Counted from the first letter of the stretch, positions 26,643 to 39,806 are shown. The stretch: DNA of 64,000 nt from Octopus vulgaris (GCA_951406725.2 OX597824.1:10850001-10914000), one strand, 5' to 3'. Numbers and translations are program-made. The notes: generated by a model not told the origin, from the sequence alone.

Positions 26643-26688
<46 letters not shown>

Positions 26689-27153
26689 GATTTATTTAAG
26701 TTCTTCATGGAGTTCAAGCAAGTCGCTAACAAAGCAACAAGACTTTTGAGTTGAGACACTTCCCTCAGCTTGTAAGTGTGTGGTTGAGTTAGTGTGTGTA
26801 TATATGTAGATGTATACACCTGCACTTACATTGTGTGTGAATAACATTTATTTAGTACTTCAGTGTTTGTACCCATGTGTGTGTGTGTGTGTGTGTGTGC
26901 ATCATTACTTTTGACATATTTTTTTTTGTAGATGCACACAACCAAATGTGTCCCTGTATTCATTTAAAGAATTTGAAATGGAGAATTTTTGGAATGTTGT
27001 ACAAATTTTCACTGCGATGCTGATAAAATGAATTTAGGGGTGCATATCGGTTTCTTTTGCTCTTAGAAAATCCTAGCATTTTGAGTTTTTGTGCAAATCC
27101 ATAGTTTATAGCTTAATGCATCTACATTTATAAGTACAAAAGAAAAATTATAA

Positions 27154-27198
<45 letters not shown>

Positions 27199-28888
27199 CT
27201 ATGTTCATATATGTGTATCCTTAGATATAAACAAACTACACAATACATACATACATACATGCCATGCATGCACACATATACACATCAATAAAAAGAAACA
27301 ACACTCAATACAGAAGTAATGTCTATACACACACACACACACACATATATATTGATAGTCTTCAACTACTTTCATTACATGGCCTATCAGTAGCAAAGAG
27401 AGAACTGCAGTTGAAGCCAAACATAGCCAAGGCTCTTCACTTAACGCAGACATCTGATTGATTACAAACGTTTTCATGCATATGAAATTCTGAGTAATAA
27501 GTATGTGAGTCATTAAGAATTAGAAATGTTTATACATTGATAATTAATTTTTAAAAAAAAAAACACCTTTTACAGAAAAAAACCCCCACCAGAATGTTAT
27601 TTGAAATTTCCTTCTTATGCCTGTCTGTCCTGTCTGTCTATATGTACGTATGTAATATAACACCCACCAATTACTAGAAGTAACACCAAACTGTTTCAAT
27701 TTATATCATTTTGAAACAAAGAACTGAAAATTATATGTAACTAAAAAAAAATTATACTCAGTACCTATAATTATAACAAAAATTTATAATTTACTTATTC
27801 AACAAGCAATTGTTCCTTGTAAGTCATTATTATCATCATAACATTCATTCACTCAATTAACATCCATTTGTCCATACTTTTCATTGAGGCATTGTTCAGG
27901 TGCTTTTTTAAATAAGAGGTTTCTCATTCTAGATGTCTTCAAGAGGATAAAACCATTAGACTATATGTCTACAGAGGATATGCCGATATTACTGCTTGTA
28001 GCTCAGTGGATTCTTAGGGAAACGCAAGTGTGAAAAAAAACAACAAAAAAAACCTATATGTACAATGGACTTCTTTCAGTTTCTGCTAACCAAATTCACT
28101 CAGGAGACTTTGGTTGGCACAAGGCTATAGCAGAAGATACCAAACCGAATGCCATACGCTGAGACTGAACTTGAAACTACATGGCTAAGAAGCAGACAGC
28201 TGTGCTTGTGCCTATTTCAATTAAATTGATTAAAAATATGGTTTTGTTTGTCAATAGCACATTATTATTTAAAACAAATAACATAGTTCCTATTATATAG
28301 CAAGGGATAACAACAGACTTATAGAATTGTCTGACCCAAAGACAACAAAATATTACTAGTGAAGTATAAATTTTGAACATCCATACTGACGTAGAGCAAA
28401 GACTATATGACAGAGAAAGCCAGTTGTGCTACTGTTAATTATGACTGTTTATGATATACTAATTAATTAAATCATTAGCAAAATGTGTGCAGGTTCCTAA
28501 TTTAAAACATCTCTGGTTTATCAATAATATTGTTGTTATTAGGTGGCACTAGAGTCAGTTAAGGTAAAATGCGGAGGATGGGAATATAAAATGAAAAATT
28601 AGTGTCATGAAATTTAAAAAAAAAAGTTAATATTCTGTGAACTGAACAATATAGAAGATGGATGAAGAGACATGATGTGGGGAGTAGGCACTTTGGTAGC
28701 TCATTGAGGGCATATTTACCATGGTGAAACAGTTTAGACAGGTAAACAAATATGGATTGATGGATGGATTAGCAAGCAGTGTCATAGACAATAAGGGGTG
28801 ATATATACAACAAAATAATTTATCAAACATTTACTTGCATACATTTATCATAACACTTTTCAAAATTATATATATATATACACACACA

Positions 28889-29106
28889 CACGAAGAGGTG
28901 TTGAAAAGTTCCTGGTTTTAAGGATATTGTGAAAGGCCTGAATGAAAGCCCAACTTTCCAAGTTCTTTTACAGGGCTTAGGAAAACTGAAGGACCACTGC
29001 AATAAGTATGTGAATCTGAGTGGGGGAATATGTTGAATAAAATAATTAACTGATCCTCCTATATTTTCTTTTACTCAAAGCCAGGAGCCTTTCAGCACCC
29101 CCTTGT
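28889..29106 (+). mobile_element. Mariner-derived MITE (~215 bp)
   Basis: TIRs gaggtgttgaaaagttcctgg / ccaggagcctttcagcacccc; inside is a transposase C-terminal remnant ending GEYVE*; second copy at 37034. Confidence 0.8.
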
Positions 29107-29169
29107 ATGTATCAAGACATTGTACAAACTAATAAAAAATTTGTATAATTTGTAAAGGAGAACCAAGAG

Positions 29170-29218
<49 letters not shown>

Positions 29219-29222
<4 letters not shown>

Positions 29223-29410
29223 AGAGTTTACGAAAAAAACAAAAGACGAAGACAGGTGGTGTAGAAAACAAACAGATGTATTAGTATAATGCTCAGGAAT
29301 AGAAAATGTCTTTTACGTTTCGAGCCTATGCTCTTCTACAGAAAGGGACACGGAGAAAACAAGGAGGAAAAAAAAATGTGTGTAGTGGCTAACGATCTAT
29401 CATGGTGACA
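29219..29410 (-). mobile_element. Penelope-like element fragment within (TA)n, carrying a minimal hammerhead-like motif
   Basis: Minus strand CTGTAGAAGAGCATAGGCTCGAAACGT; degenerate second copy at about 26445-26645. Confidence 0.55.
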
Positions 29411-30684
29411 TATATATATATAGCTTAGGCATAGTGATATTAATAACCTAATGCACTACATGTGTTTCAGAGAAAAGTGTCAGTTGAGTAAAAAGTGTAT
29501 TAAGAGATTATATAAATAACAAGGGAACAAGAAATTACAATATGAACTTCATTGCATAATTTTTTTTGTTCCCTTGTAAATTATATAATATACACACACA
29601 CACAAAGTGAGTATTAGTGGTGTTAGATATTAGGGGATAGAGCCAACTCCTCCAAAGCTACATTACTGCTGCTATGTAGAAATACCAGATCACTACAGTA
29701 GACAGATATGCATAAATGATACCACAGTTTCTTGTAGTGCAGGGCATTTGTAGTTCACTTTCAATTAGCAAGTTTGTTGTGCTTATTGACAGAAAAAAAA
29801 ATTCAAATTGTTGCTCATGTATGTATGTTTTAATAATTATTTCCCTTCACCAAACTGACTGACTATTCTGAATGCAACATTTATATGTAAAAAAATCAAA
29901 TTTCCTTTTAAAAAGGCATAGCCACAAGCATTTCCAGCTTCAATGGTAACTACAGACTGGTTTTCCTCAATTTTTTCACCGGGATCCAGGTTAATAAAGT
30001 ATTACAAATAATTAAATATTCATTCAGCTTTGATTTCTTCTACAAAGATCTGTAATACTACCATGCACCGGTTCCAATCAGGGGATAGGTTAATCTTAAA
30101 AAGGGTACCCAGAAGCTAAAATAAAATTAATAAATATAAATGTCGCCATCTATATTTTATTTAAAATGCACTTATAACAAAAATAAAACCCTGTTTTTAT
30201 TTTTGGTAACAAAAGCTATAAACTGTTATTAGCAGCATCACACAATAACGGTTAACAAAGCTGAAAATTACAATCATTCTAATAGCTATTCTCTCTTGTC
30301 AAGAACTTTGAACATTTCCTTAAATTTTATTCCACACCAAAACTATTAAATTTTAAATATTTAAATACTTCAGTATGCCAAATTATTTTAGTTTCTGTAC
30401 TAAATCAAGGGAGAGAAAATCCCATAAAGTTAAATTGTCCTGAGAGAAAACTGATCAATGGCTGGGATTACCAAATGAGAATCTTACCAGAGGAAGAGGA
30501 ATTCTTAATATTTGATATACATAGGTGCTTAAAGGGGGAAAAAGGGCTGAAGGCAAAAATTCAATGGGTTAAAACTACTGAAGGTACCTTAAAACCAAAA
30601 GACTAGATAGTTGGCATCTACTATATAACTAATACAAGTTAGTACAAATAGGTGAGGTTAGATTAAGAATGGTTAAAATTTCAC

Positions 30685-30770
30685 CTGGGAATCTACCTGG
30701 GAATCAACTTGAGACTGGCTGCTGTCTTCCTCAAACACAATATCTGTATTATAAGCCACTTGCCGGTATC
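30685..30770 (-). CDS. MAPKBP1: WDR62/MAPKBP1-like exon (GYRQVAYNTDIVFEEDSSQSQVDSQ[VDSQ]); alternative donor would start it at 30697
   Basis: tttttgacag acceptor; supplies the needed phase 1 to 0 change; two in-frame donors 12 nt apart. Confidence 0.78.
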
Positions 30771-30982
30771 CTGTCAAAAACATAATCATAAAACTCTCAG
30801 CTCAAATCTTGTTTGAAGATCAAAGAAATGTGTGAAGTCAACGTCTTCCACTCAATTTGTAGTCTTTACAGTTTACCCACAAATTAAAATAGACTTACCT
30901 ACCCACCCACCCTGTCCTAGCCTCTGTACCACTTACATTAACCTTCGGGTAACTTGAGAAGATGCCTAACACATCTTCACTA

Positions 30983-31037
<55 letters not shown>

Positions 31038-32003
31038 TTCTTTTTTCAAACTGAAGTAGCCATGTATCTCCTCTCCAGCAAGACACCCGTTTCTGTCCTT
31101 CAGTCATACTTTAACCTCTCATCACCTGGAATAGAACCACCTCTCTCAATACTACTCCGCTTCTCAGTTGAGGGGGGTCTTGTTTTGTGGGTTACTTGGT
31201 CATCTCACTGGTGCTGGTGCTGGTGCCACATAAAAAGCACCCAGTACACTCTGTAAAGTGGCTGGCTTTAGCAAAGGCATCCAGCTATAGAAACCATGCC
31301 AAAACACATTGTAACACAGTTCTCTGGTTTGTCAGCTCCCCATGCCAGTATAGAAAATGGGCATTAAGTGGGGATAATGATGATGGTAATGTAGTAGGAT
31401 ACACAGCAGTTAGTATTACTTTGTGTATATCAGGGGTTTTGGGAATAGGTACACTGTATCCCCACAGGTCAATATGAAGACATCTGGTTGTAAAAACACA
31501 GCCTCATATATCTCATGCAAACCATACAGGCACAGAAAAGTGGATGTGACGATAGGGTGGATGAAAAATGGATGTGATGATAGGGTTTGTGACCCAATAA
31601 AATGCACTCAGGCCACATTGCAATATGGCTGGTGCTAGGAAGAGCATCCAGCTGTAAAAACTAAGCTCAAGAAAGGCATAATAAATGGAAAATGAATAGG
31701 GAGAACACTTTGATCTAGTCACAGATAATCTTCATTATTGCATTGGCATCATGGTAAAATGATTACAAGGACATATTGTTACAAAAACACCCTGACACAC
31801 ACACACAGTAAAAAAGTTTATTTTGTTGTGGAGTGTGTCAGATAACAAAAAACCACAATGAGTGGCAAGATGCTATGAGATCTATGTAACCCATATAATA
31901 AGAGTAGAACAGTAAACTATGGAATGGTTTATCAAAAGGACCAAGTTGAAATACATTGCAATAACAACACAGAAATTTTTCTGTTCAAAGGCCAAAATCT
32001 TAC

Positions 32004-32145
32004 CTTTCATTTCTGATGAATCTATATTCTGGTTGTTATCCAGAACTGACTTCATGGACTTATTGTCTATTCTCTGAGCCCATCTTCCACGTGGTTGAGT
32101 AGGGCTTTGAGGTTCTTCTACAGATATTACGCCCTGGTTGTCAGT
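32004..32145 (-). CDS. MAPKBP1: WDR62/MAPKBP1-like exon (TDNQGVISVEEPQSPTQPRGRWAQRIDNKSMKSVLDNNQNIDSSEMK)
   Basis: ctttag/gtaaga, 142 nt, phase 0 to 1; PRGRWAQ motif. Confidence 0.9.
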
Positions 32146-32346
32146 CTAAAGAACATAATAGAAGAAACTACAGTAACATTCTTAAACAACAATTTCTATA
32201 CAGTAATCTAACATATTTATAGACCATAAGGTCATATATGGCAGAAGACAGACACTAAATGATGATGAATATAAAACTACTTACTATACAGTCTAAGAAA
32301 AAAAATACATTTATGGTATATAAAAATATGATAAATTTTGTAGTTA

Positions 32347-32347
32347 G

Positions 32348-32410
<63 letters not shown>

Positions 32411-32580
32411 CATACACACACATATACATATACACACACACTCATATACATATATACACACACATATACATATACACACACACTCATATACATATATATA
32501 TACATATACACACATATACATATATATACAAATACACACATATACATATATATACAAATACACACATACACATATATATA
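32347..32580. repeat. Compound (TA)n/(CA)n microsatellite
   Basis: Directly visible. Confidence 0.95.
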
Positions 32581-33983
32581 CTTATTATTCACTATGAAGA
32601 TATTTAAACCTCTTATAGGAATAGTTTTATCCAAGATACCCTGGTTTAATTTATTATATTTTGAAGAGTTGTTTCTTCAATAAATGTATTACAAAACATC
32701 AAATATTATTAATAAGTTTGAAAATGGAGAAATTCAATGAATATTAATTAATTAATTAATATCCATTGAATCTCTCCATTTTCAAACATTTTAATTATAT
32801 AATACATGAAGACTACATAAATACTGTATAAAGACTATGTTTATTGACTATAAACAGACTGTTTATCTAAAACTATATTTATTTGAGAGACAACAACTGA
32901 AAAGATATGACATGGAACATAAAGATAAACTCTTGTGACTGCAAGTCATGCTGTATATCTCCTTAACCAAACAACATAGCAGTACTTAGACTCTCATTAG
33001 GTCAAGCTCTCATTAGGTCAAGCTCTCATCTGCTAATTGCATTCCAAATTGGACCTAAAGGCTTGCAAACATTCATTTAAGTACTACAAGAAGCAGCAAT
33101 GATTTCACAAACCTCAGTAAAACTATACTTTCCCCCCTTATATTGTATAATGCATTGTATTTTTACTTTGTTTTATAGCTTAATCACGAGAAGAACAGTG
33201 CCCTGGACTCTTTACAGGGTCTCCAAGACTTGTGGGATCAAAGGAGGAAAATAGCTTCAAACTAAAAAATCTGGTCTGAATGCTTGTAATGAAGTGGGCT
33301 TTGCTAGGGACACTCAAGGACCAGGTGGTAATGTTAAACAGAGCAAGGATTAAGGATGCGATTTAGACTCAGAACACAAAGAGTCCAAAACGAAAATCAC
33401 AAAGCATTCCATCCAAAGCTTAGTCCACCATCATAGACTGGTACTTAATGTACTGACCACAGAAGGATGACAGGCAAAGTTGACTTGATATGTATGTAAG
33501 CATACTAATTGCTGGCATGAAGATTGTCCTGAAATAAAACTAAATTAAGGAAAGTTCAAAGCCAAATGATCAAGAAAAAGACCTATGAAGATTTTTCAGT
33601 ATCCTCAAACTGTCGTTACTTCAGTTTTGTCGTAGCTTACATCTAACATTCTGGAAAGTGAACAACAGAGAAAATGGATAGAGAAAAACTGCAGGCATGG
33701 CTGCATGATAGAGAAGCTTGCTTCCCATCCATGTAGTCTCAGGCTATGTGGCACCTTGGGTAAGTGTCATCTACTACAGCCTCAGGCTGACCAAAATGTT
33801 GCGAGTGGGTTAGGTAGACAGAAACTGGGACAATCCTCGTATGACTGTATGGGAGTGACATCACAGCTAATACAGTGGTTGAAAACAAAGAGCCACCTAT
33901 TTTTATCTCATCAGGACTTAGCTAACATTGAGAGATAACATGACAAATTGTAAACCTTGTCCTATAAATGAAATCACACTTAC

Positions 33984-34254
33984 CTTAAGCTTTGCCCAAC
34001 TAGGAAGCTGTCCAATACTGATACGATAATTAGCTGGGTTAATAACAGTACCAAACCCTCCACCTGATGTCATTTCTACAGTATCATTCTTCCCTAATGA
34101 TTCTTGTAGAAAGACAGGGGCAACGCTATTACCGTGTCCATTGGAGGGGCTGCTAGTTACAAAATCAGAATTTCTTTGCAAAGGGAAAATTTCGTTGCTG
34201 TCTCTCTCCGTGAGAGAAGTTGGTCTAATAGGTGTCACCGGGTTGAGAAGAGAT
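33984..34254 (-). CDS. MAPKBP1: WDR62/MAPKBP1-like exon (RSLLNPVTPIRPTS...NYRISIGQLPSWAKLK)
   Basis: ttccag/gtaagt, 271 nt, phase 2 to 0; inside ORF 33918..34310; GQLP.WAK motif. Confidence 0.88.
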
Positions 34255-34373
34255 CTGGAAATGGAGTCACATGATTTATATTCCAACAACAACAACAACA
34301 ATATTGTCAAAACAGAATATTATCACTCCAGTGTCAAAAGACAAGATACATATAAACAATCTGAGATACACAG

Positions 34374-34377
<4 letters not shown>

Positions 34378-34419
<42 letters not shown>

Positions 34420-34454
34420 TATATATATACATACACACACATATATATATACAT

Positions 34455-34497
<43 letters not shown>

Positions 34498-34578
34498 TAT
34501 ATACATACACACATATATACACACTCACACACACATACACACTCACACACATATATATACATACACACACACATATAT
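34378..34578. repeat. Compound (TA)n/(CA)n microsatellite
   Basis: Directly visible. Confidence 0.95.
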
Positions 34579-34936
34579 AAACAATGCAAATTAGTAATGT
34601 TTGGAATGCTGACGTTTGCAAACATCTAACATATTTGATTTTGGTACTTTGCAACATCTGTTTGCAGGAAAAGCATGTGTATCAACAGACACATTCATGT
34701 GTACAAGGTGATTAAGTGTTGTTAATTAGTGGAATGAGTTTGTTAAACAAAAGGTAACTCTAGAATAGTTGTTTATGTCAGCCAGATCTATAACGCAGCA
34801 AACTTTACAAGGAATATCAGAGACTTGCAAAAGAAGGAGAATATTATGATAGAGAAAGTAGTAGTTGGCCCGATGAGCATTGTTTCTTACGGAGGGGGAT
34901 AGGGGCTGTAATGATTAAAAAGGAGGTTGACAAATT

Positions 34937-35151
34937 GCCATTTGAGCGTGGCAGTTGCCAGTACCGCCCAACTGACCCTCGTGCCTGTGACACGTAAAAG
35001 CACACACTACATGCTCGGTGTGGTTGGCGTTAGGAAGGACATCCAGCTGTAGAAACTCTACCAGTGCAGCCATCTGGTTCGCCAGACCTCAGACAAATTG
35101 TCCAACCCATGCTAGCATGGAAAGCAGATGTTAAACGATGATGAAGATGAT
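34937..35151 (+). mobile_element. Retroposon family C, truncated
   Basis: About 1.5 modules plus tail. Confidence 0.8.
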
Positions 35152-36151
35152 AGGTACATAGATAGGTAGAAAGGTAGATAGATACGTAGATAGATAAGTA
35201 GATGGACAGATAGACATACAAAGAAAGCAACGAGAAGATTTAAATAAAGCAACAAACAGAAAATAAATGAGCTATAGTATTGAGATCAAACCCCTTGTAA
35301 TGAGAATGAAAGACTAAAGCTTATAAGGGTGATTTCAAAGTTGTTTTTGTTTCAAGCCAACAGTCGTGACAGCAACTGTCATATCAAATCAAACAGCCTG
35401 GACAACAAACAATTCATCACAGCTTCACTGTCATACCACAACAGTAAAGGTTGTATGGACAAAGTGGGAAGTGTTGTCCAAGATCACACTTATATATGTG
35501 GTACATCAGGATATACATAAGCAACAAAGCAACAATCTCTTAGATGCAATTCATCTCAAGCAGTGCTAAAACCAAATAACGGATTAGGTTTCTTATAATA
35601 TTCCCATGGAACAAAGGCCAAAACTTCCCAGAAAAAATAATGCAAATAAGGTTGAGGCATAAAACATTGGAATTTAACACAAATGTTTTCACAGCTTCTA
35701 CCTATAGACAACTAATGAACCACATAAGGGGCTTCTATGCGGTCAATCGATTTGCTAGAAATAACAGCCAAATTTCTGTGAAATCCCGCTTTACCATATT
35801 AGACAATGTAATCCCCTACACAAAAAAGATAGGATGATCATAGCTGGAATATATTTTCATCACAGATTAGCTCAGTCATAGCTGACATGGAACTAAACAA
35901 AAAGCAACTGAAGAATTTTAATGTGTGTGTTATATCATATACAATAATATACACACTATGTGTGTGTGTATGTATATATATGAAAATATAATAGTCAAAC
36001 ACTGAAACTACACAGAAGTATGTATGTGTCATTTGATTTAACATTCAAACATTTAAATCTTAGTATAAGATTTATTCAATAAGACAAGAAAAGAAAATTC
36101 ATACTGATATCTAAAAAAGCAACAATGGATAGAAACTTCGTCAATAGTTAC

Positions 36152-36268
36152 CTTTGAAGAGGAACAGAGGTGCCATTTAACATTTCTTTAGGTAAGTTAC
36201 CTTTCTCCTCCATCCGCAACATCATTTGCTTTGTTAAATGGGGTGAAAGACGCCAGACAAATATACAA
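36152..36268 (-). CDS. MAPKBP1: WDR62/MAPKBP1-like exon (GCIFVWRLSPHLTKQMMLRMEEKGNLPKEMLNGTSVPLQ)
   Basis: tttcag/gtaact, 117 nt, phase 2 to 2; CIFVWRL ends the WD40 region. Confidence 0.92.
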
Positions 36269-37033
36269 CTGAAAAGAAAAAGAAAAACAATGAAATGCAA
36301 TTGTTGCGTTTGATATCATTTAAGATGCATTTTTCTTCCCCAGAAACAAAGTCTCAGAAAAATCACCCTGGATCCCATATGTGAAGTTGGACCTCCCATA
36401 AGATAATTTAGACTAACATTCACCTTTTCCTCAATACGAACTGCTGAAATAGGGGTGCATCTAATATGCCCACATGTCTTTAATGCTATTAAATACAATA
36501 ATTCTTTCCTCAAATGCCAAAATTTAATTCCAGAGATAATTTCAGTCCGATACGGATTTTTTCAATACAACTTTGTCTTTGAGCCTTTTGGGGGTTAATA
36601 AGATAAGCACCGGTCCAGCATTGGGATTAATGTAATTGACTTACTCCCTCCTCCCAAATTGTGCCAAAAATTCGAAACCAAAAATGTCAAATGAAGTAGG
36701 GGGGGGGAACTCAGCTTAAAGGAATTTGCACAAATAGTATTCATACGTGTGCATGTGTGTGTGTCTCACTCTCTCTATTCCTTTATGAATGCCTCGTAGG
36801 TGGCTAGTAGTAAATCTGAAGGAATAGTTTGGGTACAGAGAATTGATGGTTTAAATTAATTTTTTTTTCTCCAATTTAATTGTTTTTCTTATTTTACACT
36901 TAGCTAAAAGAGTCTAAAAGACAGAAACCGATACTAACATGTACTTCATGATAAAATTATTTTAGCATTTTCTACCTTCTATATATGTATGTGTGTGTGT
37001 ATATATATACACACACACACACACACAAACACA

Positions 37034-37250
37034 CACAAGGGGTACTGTAAAGTTCCTGGCTTTGGGTAAAAGAAAATACAGGAGGATCAGTTAATTATGA
37101 TTCTATTCAACATGTTCCCCTCTCAGATTCCCACACTTATTGCAGCAGTCCTTCAGTTTTTCTAAACCCTCCAAAAGAACTCAGAAGGTTGGGCCTCCAA
37201 CCTGGCCATTCACAATACCCTTAAAGCTAGGAGCTTTTAGGCACCCCCTT
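37034..37250 (-). mobile_element. Mariner-derived MITE, second copy
   Basis: Reverse-complement homolog of 28889..29106. Confidence 0.8.
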
Positions 37251-38532
37251 AATTATAACAATGGGTAAAAGGGATTAATAGATCTAGGCAGATATCTAGA
37301 AAGCATACAGTCTTAAGCAAACTTCAATATCTATATCAAACAGTCAGATACCAGAAAATTCAAATAGAATTAACATCCAGGGTAATTCCTCATGTATGAC
37401 AAGTAGATCCAAATATCGCTTAATATTTGGCAGAAGTGATTCAAGAGCCAAGAATGTAAAAACATATACATATACGAATGAACAGATACACAAGCACATG
37501 TACACACACATTTATATATATTACATATTAACAAATATACATGTCATATAAATAGATGCAAATACATTTTCTTTAATATACATGAATACCTTTTCAACTG
37601 ACATGCATAAAAAAAAAAAAGAAACAGACATTCACACAGATTGAAATACAAAATTACAAAGCAAATCATACCCAAATATATAAACATCAAAAACAGTTAT
37701 ACATACACTTACATGTCCAGCCATCCCCATTATATACACACACACACTGGTGTGTGTAATAATATTATTTTTTAATACTTTTAAGAATAACAGGTGAGCA
37801 TTTACTGATGATGTGACAATTACTAAGCAGAATCAAATTTATTGTGAAATCCCAACATATATTTATATATATATATATAACATATACACATATAGTTGTT
37901 GTTATAAAAGTCATACAGATAACTATAGATATATATGTTTTGTGTATTTATATTCATAGGTATGTATGTAAGTGCTAAAAATATTTTAAGCACTTTTACT
38001 GACAGTTACACATATAGACCAACAACTACACACACACACACACACACACACAAAGACATATAATTACAAACTCACACATGATAAAATTAGATAAAGTTAC
38101 TTTATATATTAAATAATTGAAAAACACATAGCAGAAAGTAGTATGCTATTATCAGCTTCTAAAGTATAGTTACCAACACAGAAATTCAACAAGCGAAAAA
38201 AATGATTGAAATAGATAATGAAAGAAATTGAAACAGGAAGCAAATAAAAGAGCTCTTTAGGTTATAAATAAATAAAGGATGTGAACCAATGGTATGACTA
38301 TTGCCTATGCTAACCAGAGCCTCATAATAAAAGATATGGCTTTGAAAAATTGGTCACTGGCAGAAATTCAAGAGAATCTATGGAATGAATATTTATGTGT
38401 GGTTCAGAAGTTTGCTTTCCAACTACATGGTTTGGTTTCAGTTCCAGTGCGCAGCACCTTGAATGTGTGCCTTTCACTATAGCCCTGGGCTGAATGAAGC
38501 TTTGTTAGTGAATTTGATAGACAGAAACTAAA

Positions 38533-38764
38533 GGCAGCGAGCTGGCAGAAACATTAGCACACTAGGCAAAATACTCAGCGGTATTTTGTCTATCGCTACA
38601 TCCTGAGTTCAAATTCCACCGAGCTCGACTTTGCTTTTCATTCTTTCAGGGTCGATTAAATAAGTACCAGTTGCACACTGGGGTTGATATAATCGACTTA
38701 ATCCGTTTGTCTGTTCTTGTTTGTCCCCTCTGTGTGTAGCCCCTTGTGGGCAGTAAAGAAATAA
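38533..38764 (+). mobile_element. SINE family A nested in an older B-headed SINE (about 38385-39063)
   Basis: Full copy flanked by an agaaact(g)aaag duplication inside the host. Confidence 0.85.
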
Positions 38765-38780
38765 GAAACTGAAAGAAACC

Positions 38781-38827
<47 letters not shown>

Positions 38828-39554
38828 CATGCATGCATGTGTGTGTTCTCAATTTGATATCACATGATACTTGTAAATAAGTGCCACTGTCATATAAGCA
38901 GGGTTGTTCATTTCCAATAGTACACAAAAACATGACTAGCTATGGAGAATTATTACAACAGGTAAAGGTTGGTTACAAAAAGGGCATCCAGCTGTAGAAA
39001 ATCTACCTTGATAAACTCTCTAACTCATGCAAGCAAAGAAAAATGAATGTTAAAATGATGATGAATTAATTAGGTTGAAAAATAAATAAATGTATAACTA
39101 TGGTTCTTTTGCCGGACTGCTAAGTTACGGGGACGTAAACACACCAGCATCGGTTGTCAAGCGATGTTGGGGGGATAATTATAGATATATATGTTTTGTG
39201 TATGTATATTCATAGGTATGTATGTAAGTGCTAAAAATATTCTAAGCACTTTTACTGATGGCTACACATATAGACCAACAACTACACAAAGACATATAAT
39301 TACAAACTCTTATAAAAATATAATGGGACTTTTTAAAACATCAAATGGCTATGGGGTCCCAGTAGAGTAAAATAGGAATGAAAGGAATCCACAAGTGAAA
39401 AATGATTGAGTACAACTAAACTAACCCTTTCTAGGCAGTGATCCAGCATGGTCAGAGGTCAAAGTTAAATGAGTTAAACAAGCAAAAGTTTTTAAAAATT
39501 GTTTCAACAAAATCAGACCAATTTTCAAAAGCAAAACAAAAAGCAAGTTCTTAC

Positions 39555-39806
39555 CCATCTCCAGACACCGAAATTAGATGCTTGAGATCATTAGTAAATT
39601 TTAAACATGTAGCAATCTCAGAGTGTCCATAGAAGCTGGCTACAAGCTCTCCAGTGTAGAAGTCAAAAAGAGATAAATTTTTATCTGAACAACTGGTTGC
39701 TATGTATGTTCCGGAAGGATCCAACTGCAATTTGATAAGTACTCCATCATCACTGACAGATCCTTTATAAATCTTCTTTAACTTTGCTGATTTGATATTA
39801 TAAATC
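39555..39806 (-). CDS. MAPKBP1: WDR62/MAPKBP1-like exon ([84 protein letters not shown])
   Basis: tttcag/gtaaga, 252 nt, phase 2 to 2; final WD40 repeats. Confidence 0.96.

Noticed and set aside
32991-33029. 16-bp tandem duplication ctctcattaggtcaag (similar one at about 40918-40965)
   Set aside because: Ordinary slippage-type micro-duplication with no sign of function
32255-34657. Many 80-160 aa ORFs rich in YI/HT/CV repeats (also at 389-922, 1567-1927, 17885-18223 and 50504-51056)
   Set aside because: Translations of (TA)n/(CA)n microsatellites, not genes; the only real coding part is the exon at 33984-34254
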